Source: Raillietiella orientalis | Lineage: Eukaryota | Direction of reading: 5' to 3' | Assembly: GCA_036172245.1 (NCBI GenBank) | Contig: JAYWIR010000012.1 | Coordinates: 2,170,001 to 2,234,000 of the forward strand | Length of the DNA: 64,000 nt | Part shown: piece by piece, positions 38,667 through 50,063 of the stretch | Layout of the letters: each line of letters opens with the position of its first letter | Position numbering within the stretch: the first letter of the stretch is position 1 | Translations under genes and position numbers: made by a program | Notes under the pieces: generated by a model | The model's database searches: none | Seen by the model: only the letters and a program-made list of their open reading frames with translations | What the model was told of the DNA's origin: nothing

Positions 38667-39049
38667 CTTTTCTTAAACTCATCGCACCTTCAGATTTAAG
38701 TAAAGGATCATAGTCAACTTCTCGATCTCGAATCTCGGTGATGACGTCTCTCTCTTTTTTTTTTTTTCCAGAGATGTTGTTTCATTGATGCATCTGGAGC
38801 GACAAAAGTTTGGATCTGGTGGAATTTCTGTTCCATTTCTCTAGCCCCTATTAGCTGATATTCTTTCTAAAGTGCCAAAGTTATTAAGGAGATTCATGCA
38901 GTATTTTTTTTTTTTTTTTTTTGCATTTTTCCCGATATCGCGATATCCAGCCGGAGCTTTTCCCTACTCTACATGAGAATCCGATTCTGCCCAAGTTTGT
39001 TCACCCTCGCGCGCGCACGAGCGTATCGGTGATGACTCTTGTTGGCACT

Positions 39050-40050
39050 TCGGATGCATCGTTTACTCTCTGGACCTTGTAATTGAGATATGCTTGTTTC
39101 CCCCTCCTCCCCCCTGAAAACACAGATAAAAGAGGTGTTTTTCGGCTGCTGTTATCTCTGAAAGTTGTCCTGACCGCATGTGCGCCCCGGCAGCAGCCAT
39201 CAGGTTGGTTTCTATTTATTCCTCTGGGATCGCGTTGCACCTGCGATCGACCCCGTCACGCGCTTGAGACTCTTCCCAACCTGCTTCTTCCGTATTCCGG
39301 GAGCGTCTTCCTCACCGATCGCACCCCGATCTGGCCTTGCCTGTTTCAATCCCTTGTCGAGGTTTGCAAGAAACGTGCGAGAGAACAGGAGGCTGCAGGT
39401 ACCCGAGGTTTCCTACCACCAGAAAATTCAGATGTTGCCTCTCCAGTTCAAGCAGCTCCTTTTTCCGGTCGGGCGCCCCTATTAATCCACGTGTCTCCAG
39501 CGAGGGTCTCTCGTCTGCAGCAGAGGACGCGGAAAACCGCGCACTCTCCTTCCTGGAATCCTTTTCCCGTTTCAGTATGTGGGACGCGCTCCTCTTTCGT
39601 GGTTCGGGTTCCCGAACCCTTACGGAGTTCCGGAAGCAGCTCCGGATCCGAATGCGCGCTCTTCCCTAGCTGCAGAAGGAGGAGGTCCCCCACTCCATCC
39701 CGCTGACCGCACAGGAATAGCATGGACACGGTTGCCCCGTCGTCTGTGTGCTTCTTTCCATTTCCGGGTTTCGCTTGCGAATCTGCAAGCATCCGTTTCT
39801 TGTTTCCGTGGTAGCGAAGGAAGCGTGTTGGGTTCCCCCCCCCCTCCTTTCCTCAGCAAGGATGCAGCTCACAGCACCCTCACTTTGGGTGGCATGGCGA
39901 AAAGTTTGCGAGGGAAGAAGGCGATGGATCGGAGAGGATCGCCCAAGGGCGGACATGCGCGATCCCGACTTGCAAGAGGCATAATCCGGGAGGACTGGTC
40001 GCCTCCCCACGTCCACCCTACGAACGCTGACTTCCGCAGGCTTTTCGCGA
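39050..40050 (-). mobile_element. Decayed LINE reverse transcriptase fragment
   Basis: DSQAKPGNGKKHTDD (cf. xQAGFRxGxSTxD, ~39780) followed by GTCSLLFSRTFLANLD (cf. QGCxLSPLLF, ~39400). Confidence 0.4.
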
Positions 40051-40200
40051 TCCGAAATCCAAACCTTCCTCGTTAGGAAGGCGCAGTCTGCGGGGGCGGT
40101 TCGCAGCCTGCAGCCGCAACATCTCCGGTCCATTTCACCCTTGCATTTCACCTTTGCTCTAACCTGTGTGCTTGGCGTCGCCGTGCAAGAAGCCACACAC

Positions 40201-40419
40201 CCGTATTTTTCTTCTATTTTTTCATCTATTGCATAAGGCGGCAGCAGCTGTGAACCGCGAATTCTCACGCAGCGCTCCCCATGCTCATGTACATAAGGAA
40301 AATACTGTCCCTTGAGGTTTTGGAGCGCGAATCTGTACGTGTTTCAAGGTGCAGCGGGACCCGTATAAAAACGCGAGGGCGGTTGTACGAGCTCCGTGGG
40401 TCACACGCGGATTATACGG
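40201..40419. mobile_element. Possible Tc2/pogo-like MITE
   Basis: Termini ccgtattttt ... attatacgg followed by TA. CCGTA/TACGG ends are typical of Tc2/pogo-type elements, but the inverted match is short. Confidence 0.35.
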
Positions 40420-40794
40420 TACTATTCAAAAGGGATGCAGAATGCAAATGCTAGACGTCACAGCAGCGGAATGTCCGAACGTTTGAATTTTCACTTGAAA
40501 TTAAATAAAACGGAAAACGTCATTGAACGTGGAGTGAAAAGGAGCTCTTCAGTCCGATTTTAGACAAGTCCGTAGCTCTGCCGTCCTCGCTGCCGAGGAA
40601 CGCGTCTCCTGGAACCGTTCCACTCGCGGGGGGTTCGAATGGAACGGCATGCGACCTACTCGAACCACGCGTTCCTGTGCTTTTCGGAAGCAGCCGGGCG
40701 CGCGCTTTGCCCGCAGAATCGAAATTCACACGCAGCGCCGCACGGGGGCGCCTCTCCGCCACGTCGCGCACCAGGGCGGCCGCCATCTTTCGGT

Positions 40795-41230
40795 CGCGTC
40801 AGAGGCCATGTGGTCACGACCTCCGCGCGTGGCGCCAAACCTCGCGGGTTCGAATGCTCGGCAAGTATCGCCGCAGAGAGACGAGGGTGCGTCGTGGGCC
40901 TGCAAGACGGCGGTTGGCCTACATTCATCCGGGTGCGGCACCGGTGGCGGATAAAACCGGATGCCCCCGATTAGTGGCCGGGATTGAGAGTCGACCCACC
41001 GGGGTCCTTGCAAGAATCAAGGAACGGGAGTTTCCCTCCAGTCGTGCCAAAGGAGAGAACCCCCCGCTTCGAGGATAACTCTCCGTGGAGTAGGTGTGTC
41101 GCCACCGCACCAGAGAGTGCAGAGAAGCGTGCTGCTCCCTTCAGGCAGCGCCCTTCTGAATTTCGGAAGCTTCCCTTCGGGGTTCTCTTCAGAGGAGGAG
41201 GAAACAGGGAGTGGATCCCTTGCGGTTACC
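40795..41230 (+). mobile_element. tRNA-headed SINE-like element, copy 2
   Basis: gaggccatgtggtcacg (A-box-like) and gcgggttcgaat (B-box). Body homologous to copies at 8.9-9.3 kb and 44.2-44.5 kb. Ends where the oppositely oriented Tx1 family A tail begins. Confidence 0.7.
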
Positions 41231-41239
41231 TCCAGAGTT

Positions 41240-42480
41240 GACACTCAGTCTCACCGGGACGTTCATTGATTAAAATAAACTCACAACTTTCGTGGTACGA
41301 GGCCCCAATATGGCCAACTCAATAACGGACCTTCTGGGTCGCCGGTACGTAGACCGGAGGGCTCACCTTGGCAGCGGTGGGGGGAGGGGAGAAAACAAAA
41401 AGAAAAATAAAAAAATAAAAAATAAATAAAAATCTCTTGGGAGTCGGGAGGGAACCACTGTCCCCTGTAGGGAGTCTGCATCCGTTCCAGGATGCCAGCA
41501 AGATCCCTCCGAACAGTCCCCAGGTGGGGCCATCTGGCCGCTATCCACAGGAAACGAACTGCGAACTGGATGGTGACCCTTTCGTCGTTTGTTCTTCTGC
41601 AGGCTTCGCCCGCCCCATGCCGCCACAATCCCACGAATGAAGCAAGGTGCTGCTGGGATTGCAGGGAGTCCTGCACGAAGAGTAGCCGTAAAACGTCCCT
41701 GGAGGGGCTGCCAGCCTGGATCCAGAGGGTCGTTACAAACGTTCCCATAGAGGCCGGAGGTCAACACAAGGAGGTGAGGGAGGGATTTCCGTTCCCCACA
41801 CCTGCGACAGTTCGGGCACGCCCTCCCCAGCGTCCAGTGGTGTTGGCACGCGTTTCAGGAGAAGCTCCAGTGCAGCAGCAGAACTTCGTTCGAACTTCGA
41901 ACAAGACTCCTGACACTTCAGATACCCTCCGGAGAATTCCTACTAGCGGGTCTTTCCGGATTCCATCCGGAGAGAATAAAGAAGGAGATTCCCTTCGGGA
42001 ATCCCTCCCCAGGCGTGAGAGGAATGGGTTCCCTCCAGCAGCAGACCCCCCCTCCCTTGGCCTTATTCGGGGGGATCTTCTTCTGTATGTTCATTCTGAC
42101 CGAGGCCCGCTGCGGCCTGTTCTTGTGCTGCACTCGTCTGCTGCACTCTGATAGGAGGGAATCCATTTACTGTGGTTCTCGTCCACTTACGTACACTCAT
42201 GCACCGTCGATTGAAGCGTGCACTTCTCCACGTGCACGTGTATGTCGAAGAAGGGCGCAGTTCCGTTCTGGGGAGATCTGAACCGCATCTCGGGCAGTGA
42301 GGAGGTGAAGTGCGAAGAGAGCATCGAAAGCGCTCTGGTGTTCATCCCATCTTCGTGCCTTTGAAAGCGCGCTGCGCTTTCCGAGGCAGCCCCACCACGC
42401 GCGAACCGTCCCCTTCCGAACGTTCTCGCCTGCCGCCCCTGAATCCCGAACGCCTCGTTTAACGGAAGCTCGGATCGGCA
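41240..42480 (-). mobile_element. 3' part of Tx1/L1-like family A (copy C)
   Basis: LLLHWSFS..HHWTLGRACPNCRRCGERKSLL (~41880-41770) is nearly collinear with copy A. A-rich tract on + at ~41390-41432, and tail ending aatgaacgtcccggtgagac on the minus strand. Confidence 0.7.
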
Positions 42481-44174
42481 ATCTTCAGTGCTGGCGATGA
42501 CGCCTCCTGGTGCTCCCTGATTCAGCTGGATGAGCACTCAAGGGGAGGAACAAATTTGAAAACTTCTGTCGAGGCAGCCAATGGGCTGACGAGAGAGAGA
42601 GATGCGGAGGGGGGGGAGGCGTGTTGCGGCCATCCCAAGTGCTTTTTTTTTGTCTTTTTTTTTTAGACGCCATCGAAAAGAATTCTTACGCGTGCGCGGA
42701 TCGACGTCTTTCTTGAAGGCAAAATCGACCTTCTTACTGAGCTGCTACCGTCTCATCAAGAAGACGCGTTACCCATTTGCTTTCCATCGCTCCTAGGAGG
42801 TGCCGAACTGTCCTTCAGATGTCCCCCTGGCAGTCGGAGGGTTGTCCGAGGAATCTCGCTTGAGGAAGATCTTCCCGTGCGACCATCCCGGGAGGCGGGA
42901 GAGTTCCTTCCAGGTTCTGGTCTTCGGATGGCGCCCGGTTTCGCGGGAACGGGATGCACACGCTGTTCCCTCCCGACGTCGATGCGGGTTCACGGGACGC
43001 TCCTCTCCCCAGATGGAAGGAGGGACCAGGCGATCGCAGTGGAGAAACGCACCAGGAGCGAACCTTTCCTTGCCTCCTTCGAGGATTTGGCCCTCGGAGG
43101 GGGAGGAGCAAGGACTGTCCCTGTGTGCTCAGCACTCGGGGACGCGATGGTACAGGCATGCCCGTCCCAGGATTTTATGAATGGAAATTGAGATTGTGTG
43201 ATTAGAGAGAAGTTCGTCCGCTGCTGATCCAATTAGTTCCTTGAGATCGGTTTCAAGAATCAACTTATCCCACATGAGAACAGATTGGTTGCCTAGTAAC
43301 GAAGTGAACGGATGCCTGTCAAAATTGCATCAGAAAAGAGTTTGCAGGGCGACAGCGGTTTCTGAAATTCCATCATCGTCTTCGGCTGGCAGTAATCACC
43401 TGAGCTCCTTCTAGCCCCTGATCTCGCAGTTGCCTCCCTGCTACAGCGGATGATGCAAACACGAGTCATCCTGCTTGCTTTATTAGCAGGCGCGAGGATC
43501 AAGGTTGCAGTGAGAGCGCGTGCACGTGATGCGCACCTGCAGTGGATCGGCGAAGCGGTGAGGTCGGTCCAGAGTGCATCCTCCTTAGGAACGATGGGAT
43601 GTCTTTCTTTCTTTTTCGTTCCTCGGAAAAGCGCGAGAGGACTCCACTGCCGCATCCGCGGGCATCGCGTCTCGCGTGGGCTGTGAGGAGATAGAGACCG
43701 GAAGCCTGCCATCAGCTCCTCTGGGAAGCGAGCGTTGCCCTCCTTGGACCCACTGGGGTCCTCGCCACTCTGCTGCTGCCACTGGTGGTTTCTTCTGCCG
43801 GAAGCACGTGGCTGGAAATCATCACATGGATGTCCGCTCCCGCAGGTTTCTGGAGTCGATCCGAAGCATCCCGCTGGCCCCTCGTGACTGGCGCGGGGAC
43901 GAACCACGTGGACAGTTGCAACCTGGAACAAGTCCCGCAAGGGCTTGGTGCTTTTGTCTTCGGTCATGCTGTAAGGACAGCACAACATCCTCAAACTTGG
44001 TTAGCCGCAGTCTGCCTGTGGCTGCTGACTCGGTCATCCAGTCAGTCGACCAGGTGCCTTTTCGCTTCGTTCTACATTTTTCATCATGCTGAACATGCGC
44101 AGTGAGGAGGTAACATCTGTACATGTCACGGATACGTACCATTAATGAATACACGGAGCAAGCACGGACCCTCG

Positions 44175-44545
44175 TTGTCAGCCGCGCTCGCTGCGGTCTC
44201 TGGCGCACGACACCGAACGTCGCGGGTTCGAATCCCGCCCGAAGAAGGGTCGACGACGCCGAAAAATGGGTTGTGCGTCGTGGGTATCCGGCCTCCCACA
44301 ATGCAGGATGACTCTGGTTAGCCTGAAGGCTTCGGGTGTAGCACTGGTGGAAGCCGGAAAGTCCCGGATGCCCCGTTGACCGGCCAGGATTGGAAGCTGA
44401 CCCCTGGGGTTCTTCCAGGAATCAAGGAGCCTTTGGGGGTTTTTCCCCTCCGGTTGTGAAAATGAAGTCGTTACCATGGAGCTGGTTGATACCTCTCCAG
44501 TGTCAGAAGCACGCTGGTTCCTTCGGGGAGAGGCCCCTCAGCCGG
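44175..44545 (+). mobile_element. tRNA-headed SINE-like element, copy 3
   Basis: B-box cgcgggttcgaatccc (44221-44236). Body blocks ccggatgcccc, ggggttcttccaggaatcaagga and gatacctctccag are shared with the other copies. Confidence 0.7.
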
Positions 44546-46399
44546 CCCTGGTGTGATGCATTCAGCTTTGCTCAAGGCAATTCGTTCGAGGTCACATCAC
44601 GAGGCTAGAGGATTTCCTTAAGTCTGGAGCGGGAAGTTTGAAACCTGAGATCGAAGAGGGTCGGTTCCGTTCCAAAAAGAGATGACTCAAAGAAAACTCC
44701 AGGCTTCTTTAGACCGCTTTGCGACCGCCCTTCGTCAAGGGAGCTCCCCTGCTGGAGGCTCTAGATGACAGCAGGTCGATGTTTTTCCGTGCTTACGACT
44801 GCTCCTCCGGAAGAGCAGGGATACTCGGGCTGCAAATCTCTCGCTCAGATGGCATCGGATTTTCCTGCTGCCTTCGTCATGGCAAGCATCCTATCTTATA
44901 ACTTTGCGAAGCACAACTACCATTATGGCACCGCCACCATCGTGCAGCACGCGTCCCTCTCCCCTACCCAAAGCCCGTGTTGCCACAATACCTATAAAAG
45001 GATGGTCTTCCGCTGTGGCAACAGCGGCGCTGGTCTTCACGGTTCTTCACAGTCGTGGCTGCTTGCTCTGAACCCCTGGAGACATCAGCGTCGAATTTGC
45101 GTTTCCGCATCAGCGACGCTATTTACGCGCATCTCTTCGTTCTTCTCGTTTTTTTTTTTTCTTTTCCGCCCAACCAGTGCGCGAGTGCGCGCTCTGCGAG
45201 GACGCGCCGAATGGATTCCTCTTCGTGGATCTTTGGCTACAGCGGCGGCTTCGCATTTCCAGCATTCACCTTCGATGCCAGCTGCCTTCCATTCGCCGCA
45301 TCGGTACTTGGTGGTCGCGTCCCTCGAGAGCACAAGTTTCTTCTCAAGCTCTCTTGACTCTTACATGAGCCACCCCCTCACTAAATATGGGATCGAAGGA
45401 AAGCCTCCTCCACCACTCCTCTTAGATCTCGGTCTCCTCCACTCTCGCCTGCTCCGTGGTGTCGCATCCCGTCCAATTTTCCTCCTTCCACCGCCATCTG
45501 AGTGGCGACAAAGACGTTCTTCTGCTGCCAGGTCGAAGGAGCTGAATTCCAGAAGGTGAGCCTTCGACGAACCAAAGAGATGACAGTGAAGAGTCTGACG
45601 AACAAGAAGGACGGAAGGGGGAGGAGGATGAGAGGGGGAAGAGGGAGGAATGTCTAGTGGATCTTTCCGCTCGCTCTGTCCAGAAAGGACAACGCTGGAA
45701 AGGGCGGAAGAAGCGGCTCCGCAAAAATCAATCCCGACTTCTCTCAGTTGGCGACTACCTGACCACCCCACTAAACTTCTTTTTGGCGGCATGCAGCTGG
45801 CGGAGATGGCGGAGCTTGGGGAGGCGCGCAATGGCGCGGAGGACACGCGCCCTTCTCCGCGCACCCATCGCCTTCCTCCAGCGCGCGCCTGCCGATCCCT
45901 CTGCCAAGAACCCTCCGAGAGTTCCAGAGCTCCCCTCTGGCTCCCTGCCATGCGAGCGTTCATCCTGCGACCCCTTTGAGGAACCACCGACTCCCGGTGG
46001 GGAGGTTCCGGGAGGGAGTACAGGAAGACGCGGGCAGCTGAACGGCACGCCTGTTTTCTGCTGGAGCGACCTTGCTGAGCCATCTTCAATCTCGTTGCTT
46101 CGGATCGGGGCGTTGGAATTTCCGGTCCCACCCCGCAGCTTCTTGTAAAAGGAGAAGAAGCTCGTCTCTTAGAGGTTTGTTCGACTTCCTCCTCTTTAGG
46201 TTCTCTCTGCGAGGCACGAGGTGCTGCAAAGATGAGAACCAGGGCCTGAGGGTCCGTCTATTTCACTGGCATCAGTGTAGCAGAGGTACGCGGTCTCTCC
46301 ACTTCCGGTTCCGCGGGCACCGGGAGCCGAGGCGTCCTGTCGAATCACCTGACATTAGACACCTGAAATCTGCCCTCGCTCGCGACATGAAAGCCTGAG

Positions 46400-49300
46400 G
46401 GCATCACCCGGTCAACATGGCAAGTTCGAACTTAGCGGCAGCGCGGGATGGGAGGCGGATCGGCCTGGCGTAAGCGTGAAGGGAAGGGGAAGGAGGGGAG
46501 GGGAATCCAGAAAGAACTCGCGTAATCTTTCTCTGACATCCCACCTGAACTCAGAGGGATCCCACGAAAACGTAGTTCCTCGCTGGCGGTGATGAGCGGT
46601 CCCTTCCGGGAATGTCCGGGAACGTCCCAGCAGCGGTTTCTGACGCTGCGTTAGAGAAACTGGGAAACCGCGGGAAGAAAAGCAGAGTGGCAACCCTGCG
46701 ACCAAATGAGGCTCTGCGGATGCCACGCGGCCTTCCGTTCTTCCCTCTGCTTCATTGCAGCGGCAGGGAGGGTGAGTCCGAGGGAGGGAAACCATTTCTC
46801 CGGGAAGCTGTTGAAACAAAACCCACTCTCAGCTTCCCGCCTTTTTCCGCCTCGCCTTTTCCCGAGGCCTCTCTCTCTCGGTCGTCAGAAGCGCCTTTGG
46901 AGCGGGTTCGCAGCTTCTGGAATACTTAGGGCAGAGGGAAGATTGCGGGGGTTCACCCATCTCGAGCGGAATTTCAAGGTCACAGGATGTTCTCCTCTCG
47001 GATAACGGGAGGAAATCTCCGTCCTTCGGAGCTACAACTTTCAAGGTCATCATAGCCACTCATCCGAGGTACCTCCATCCGTGAAGATCACGGAATTCTT
47101 TCCGTACTGGGACTGCAACGGAGGAAGGCCGCGAGCCTCGGATGTTGCCGATGGACCAGGTGCCACGAACGACCGACGGCTTGCCGGGGTGCGAGAAAAG
47201 GGTGCTGAGGTGGCACTGTTTGTTCTACGGAGCACTTGAAGCTTCCAGATGCTTCTCGGACCTCCTTTCTTCCTCTCTCCTTGCCCCCTCGCATCCAGGT
47301 CATCCGTCCGATGGGCTCGTCTCTCAGGAAGAGCCGCGCTTGGTGAGCAGCTCACCCGTCGCCTCGAGAGCTGGATCGGAGGCGTCCATCGGGAGGGGCC
47401 TCCTGCAGCCGTTCAAAGGGAACGGACTGGAAAATCCTCGTGCAAGCCGGAGGGTCGACGATTCTCGGAGGAGCCGTTTCGCGGGCGCAGCAAACATCCT
47501 TCCTAGCAACAGGCCTTTCTTCTGCACCTACCCCAACCCCCTTAAGGGGTGATGGGGTAGGAGCAAGAGCGCTCTCATGGCCACAGTGAGTATCCCTTCA
47601 GATCTGAGACAGGCTCGGGAGGGGCGTGACCGCTTCTGAGGAGCCACCGTGACCTGCTTTAGAGTCTCGCGCCCGGAGTCCGTTCGCTTCCCCAGACGAT
47701 CAAGGAAGGAAATCCACGGGGATCGTGAGTGTCCAACGGGGAGGGGGAGGGAAGCGAGTCCCAGACGCGAGGGCGGCAGCAGCGTGTCATCTCCTTTCTT
47801 CCCCACGCTCACTCGGCCCGGGTCACGAAGCCGTCATCGGCCCTCAGGCGATTCCGCCCAACTTGAGAGGACGAGGCTCCCGCCGTGAGAGGGGTGGTTG
47901 GTGCATCAGAAGCTCCTGGTAGCGCCCGCGGATTCTTCGCTGAGATCGCCGTTTCACCTACCCCCCACTGCCGGAGGACTCCACCTCTCCCTCCGGTCGA
48001 AACAAGGTGGGGAAGAGAGAAACGGAGCAAATCTCTCCCTCCTCCCCCTTTTTGGAATTTCCGGCACCCAGACGCCCTCGCGCGGGTGCCGGTCGCGGGA
48101 TCCCCAGGGAGACACTGCGCCCGAGCGCTTCCCATAGCAGAGCAAAGCTCTGGCAGGAGAAGCTCCAGTGCTTCCAGACGTTCCCTCTCTGCGTCCCCGA
48201 CCCGCTCGTTTCTAACCTCAGGACAATGGAAGCAGGGCTGCTCCATTCCAGAAGCGAGGGAACGAAATGGGGAGCAGCGGGCCGCTCCAATCTCTATCTC
48301 TTTTTCCGTCCAGGTCACCTCAGGCTGGGGCAGGCAGGAGGAGGACGGGGAGCCAGACCTTGGTTGGTGGTCGAGCGCGCGCAACCCGACCTCCACGGGG
48401 AGAGGAGGCAGGTCCAGGAGGCTGGGATTTGTGGAGAGGGCCACTGTCGCCCTTCACTTGCCCCAGCAGGCATGGAGAGGCATCTCCCGGGAAAGCGAAG
48501 TTTCTCCGCCCGTCGGAAGATCCCTCCGCTTGCCTCAGGTCCCACATCCAGCCACCTGAGATGACCAGGAGGCAGAAGGACGAGCAACGTTCACCCTCCG
48601 CGGGGCAGAATCCCCCTGGGGGTCGTAGTCGTCGGGGAACTGCCTCCCTGAGGCTCGTGCGCTCCATGTCGTATTGCAGGCTTGAAGGAGACGGTTGCCA
48701 TGGTTCCCCCTCTGTGAGGCGGGGCAACGAAGGGGAAGCCGAGGAGGCTCCGGGAGGAAGCTCGACGCCGTCCGACTTCTCTGCAGTGCCCTTCTCGAAG
48801 TCCTCCCCCATTAGGGAACCAGGAAAAGCGTTCTAGTGAGCCGGGGCTGCGCCCTCTCCGACCTGCCACCAGGACAGCGAATGACCCAACCTGGAAGCGC
48901 GGCATCCGCTTCCTCGCCTCCGCCCCCTTCGCCGTGGATACGCCAAGACCAGGTCCTCCCTGAAGATCCGAGCACATGATTGGCTTCAAGGAACCTGGGC
49001 TGGATGCCCCCTGGACACCGAGGTGGGGCAAAGGCGGAAAAGCTCTCTCGCTGCCCATGGAGGTCAGCAACCTTCTCCCGACTCACGAAGTCGAGTGGGG
49101 CAGCTGCTCTCTCACGCCTACGATCCGGACTTTGGGGCTTCTCATTCCCCCTCCTCCGCCCTCGATCCCTACCAGGAAGCGACTCTGCCCCCCCAGCTCT
49201 CGTCTCTAGAAGTCGCTCAGCGGAGACTGAGGCCGAGGGACTTCACCTCCGGTCCTTCTCTCCAGCATCGAGCTCCCAAGGATGCAGTTCTTCTGGGATC

Positions 49301-49950
49301 CGCTGCAACCCCCCCTCCCCTCCGGTGTGTCAGAGGAGACATTCCTCGTCTTTTCCACTCGTTGCCGGTGACTCTCCCTCGTGGGCACCGGAAGGGAGCA
49401 CCACCGACAGCAGCGGTCACCCGGGAAAGCCAGAAGTAGGAGGCTTGCTGTCGGGAAGCGACCTCCTTCTTCCTGGACCCTCACTCAGCTCGCGGAAGAA
49501 GTGAAAGAAGAGATTCCCGGATCCAAGAACGTCCTGAAGTCTCTCTGAGGCTGAGGGGGTCTCGTTTATTGCGGAGACGGCAGGGGCTCTTCCATCTCTT
49601 CTCCTCTCACCTCCCCCCTTCCCCTGGCGGGAAGGAGGCTTTCTGCACTTCCTCCATTTCCCGCAAAGCATTGACAGAGCCCTCTGTTCCCACCCATCCT
49701 TTCCTCTTCCTTCCTTCCCCGCTGGCGAGCTGGAGCTGGACCGGGCTGCGGTGCCCATGGAGTGCGTGGGCGAGCAGCTGGGAGGGAATGGGAGAGAATT
49801 CTTCGAGGGAGGGAATTCTTCGAATTCATTCGCGATTACCCCAGGGAGTACGAGCTCACCAGGCTCCCCGGGCTCCTCCGAGACGTGCCCTACGGGGAGC
49901 GGTCATTCATCCGTCGGGGAGAGGGTACTCGGAGGTGACTGGAGGGCAGA
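46400..49950 (-). mobile_element. Decayed I-clade-like LINE ORF2 (EN-RT-RNase H)
   Basis: Motif remnants in order on the minus strand: AH...W (endonuclease, ~49770), K.RATVAL (~48450), SFLDRLG...D (~47700), EARGLPPL then VIFTDG (RNase H, ORF 47050-47355), and H....NEAE (~46750). Confidence 0.5.
49565..49570 (-). promoter_or_regulatory. Candidate polyadenylation signal of the sidestep-like gene
   Basis: AATAAA on the minus strand about 500 nt after the predicted stop at 50064, in otherwise GC-rich sequence. Confidence 0.35.
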
Positions 49951-50063
49951 GGGTGGGGCTAGGGTCCAGGGGATCACATGGGCTTCCGAGAGGCGAGGTC
50001 GTGGAGAGGTCCCGGAATCTCCCGGTCTTCCCTGAGGGTGAGCTGCTTCTTTCTACGGCGCCT

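Noticed and set aside
44200..44245. Possible tRNA genes at the GGTTCGAATC motifs (also 9255 and 40845)
   Set aside because: No complete cloverleaf or acceptor stem. Each is followed by the same repeat body, so they are SINE-like heads.
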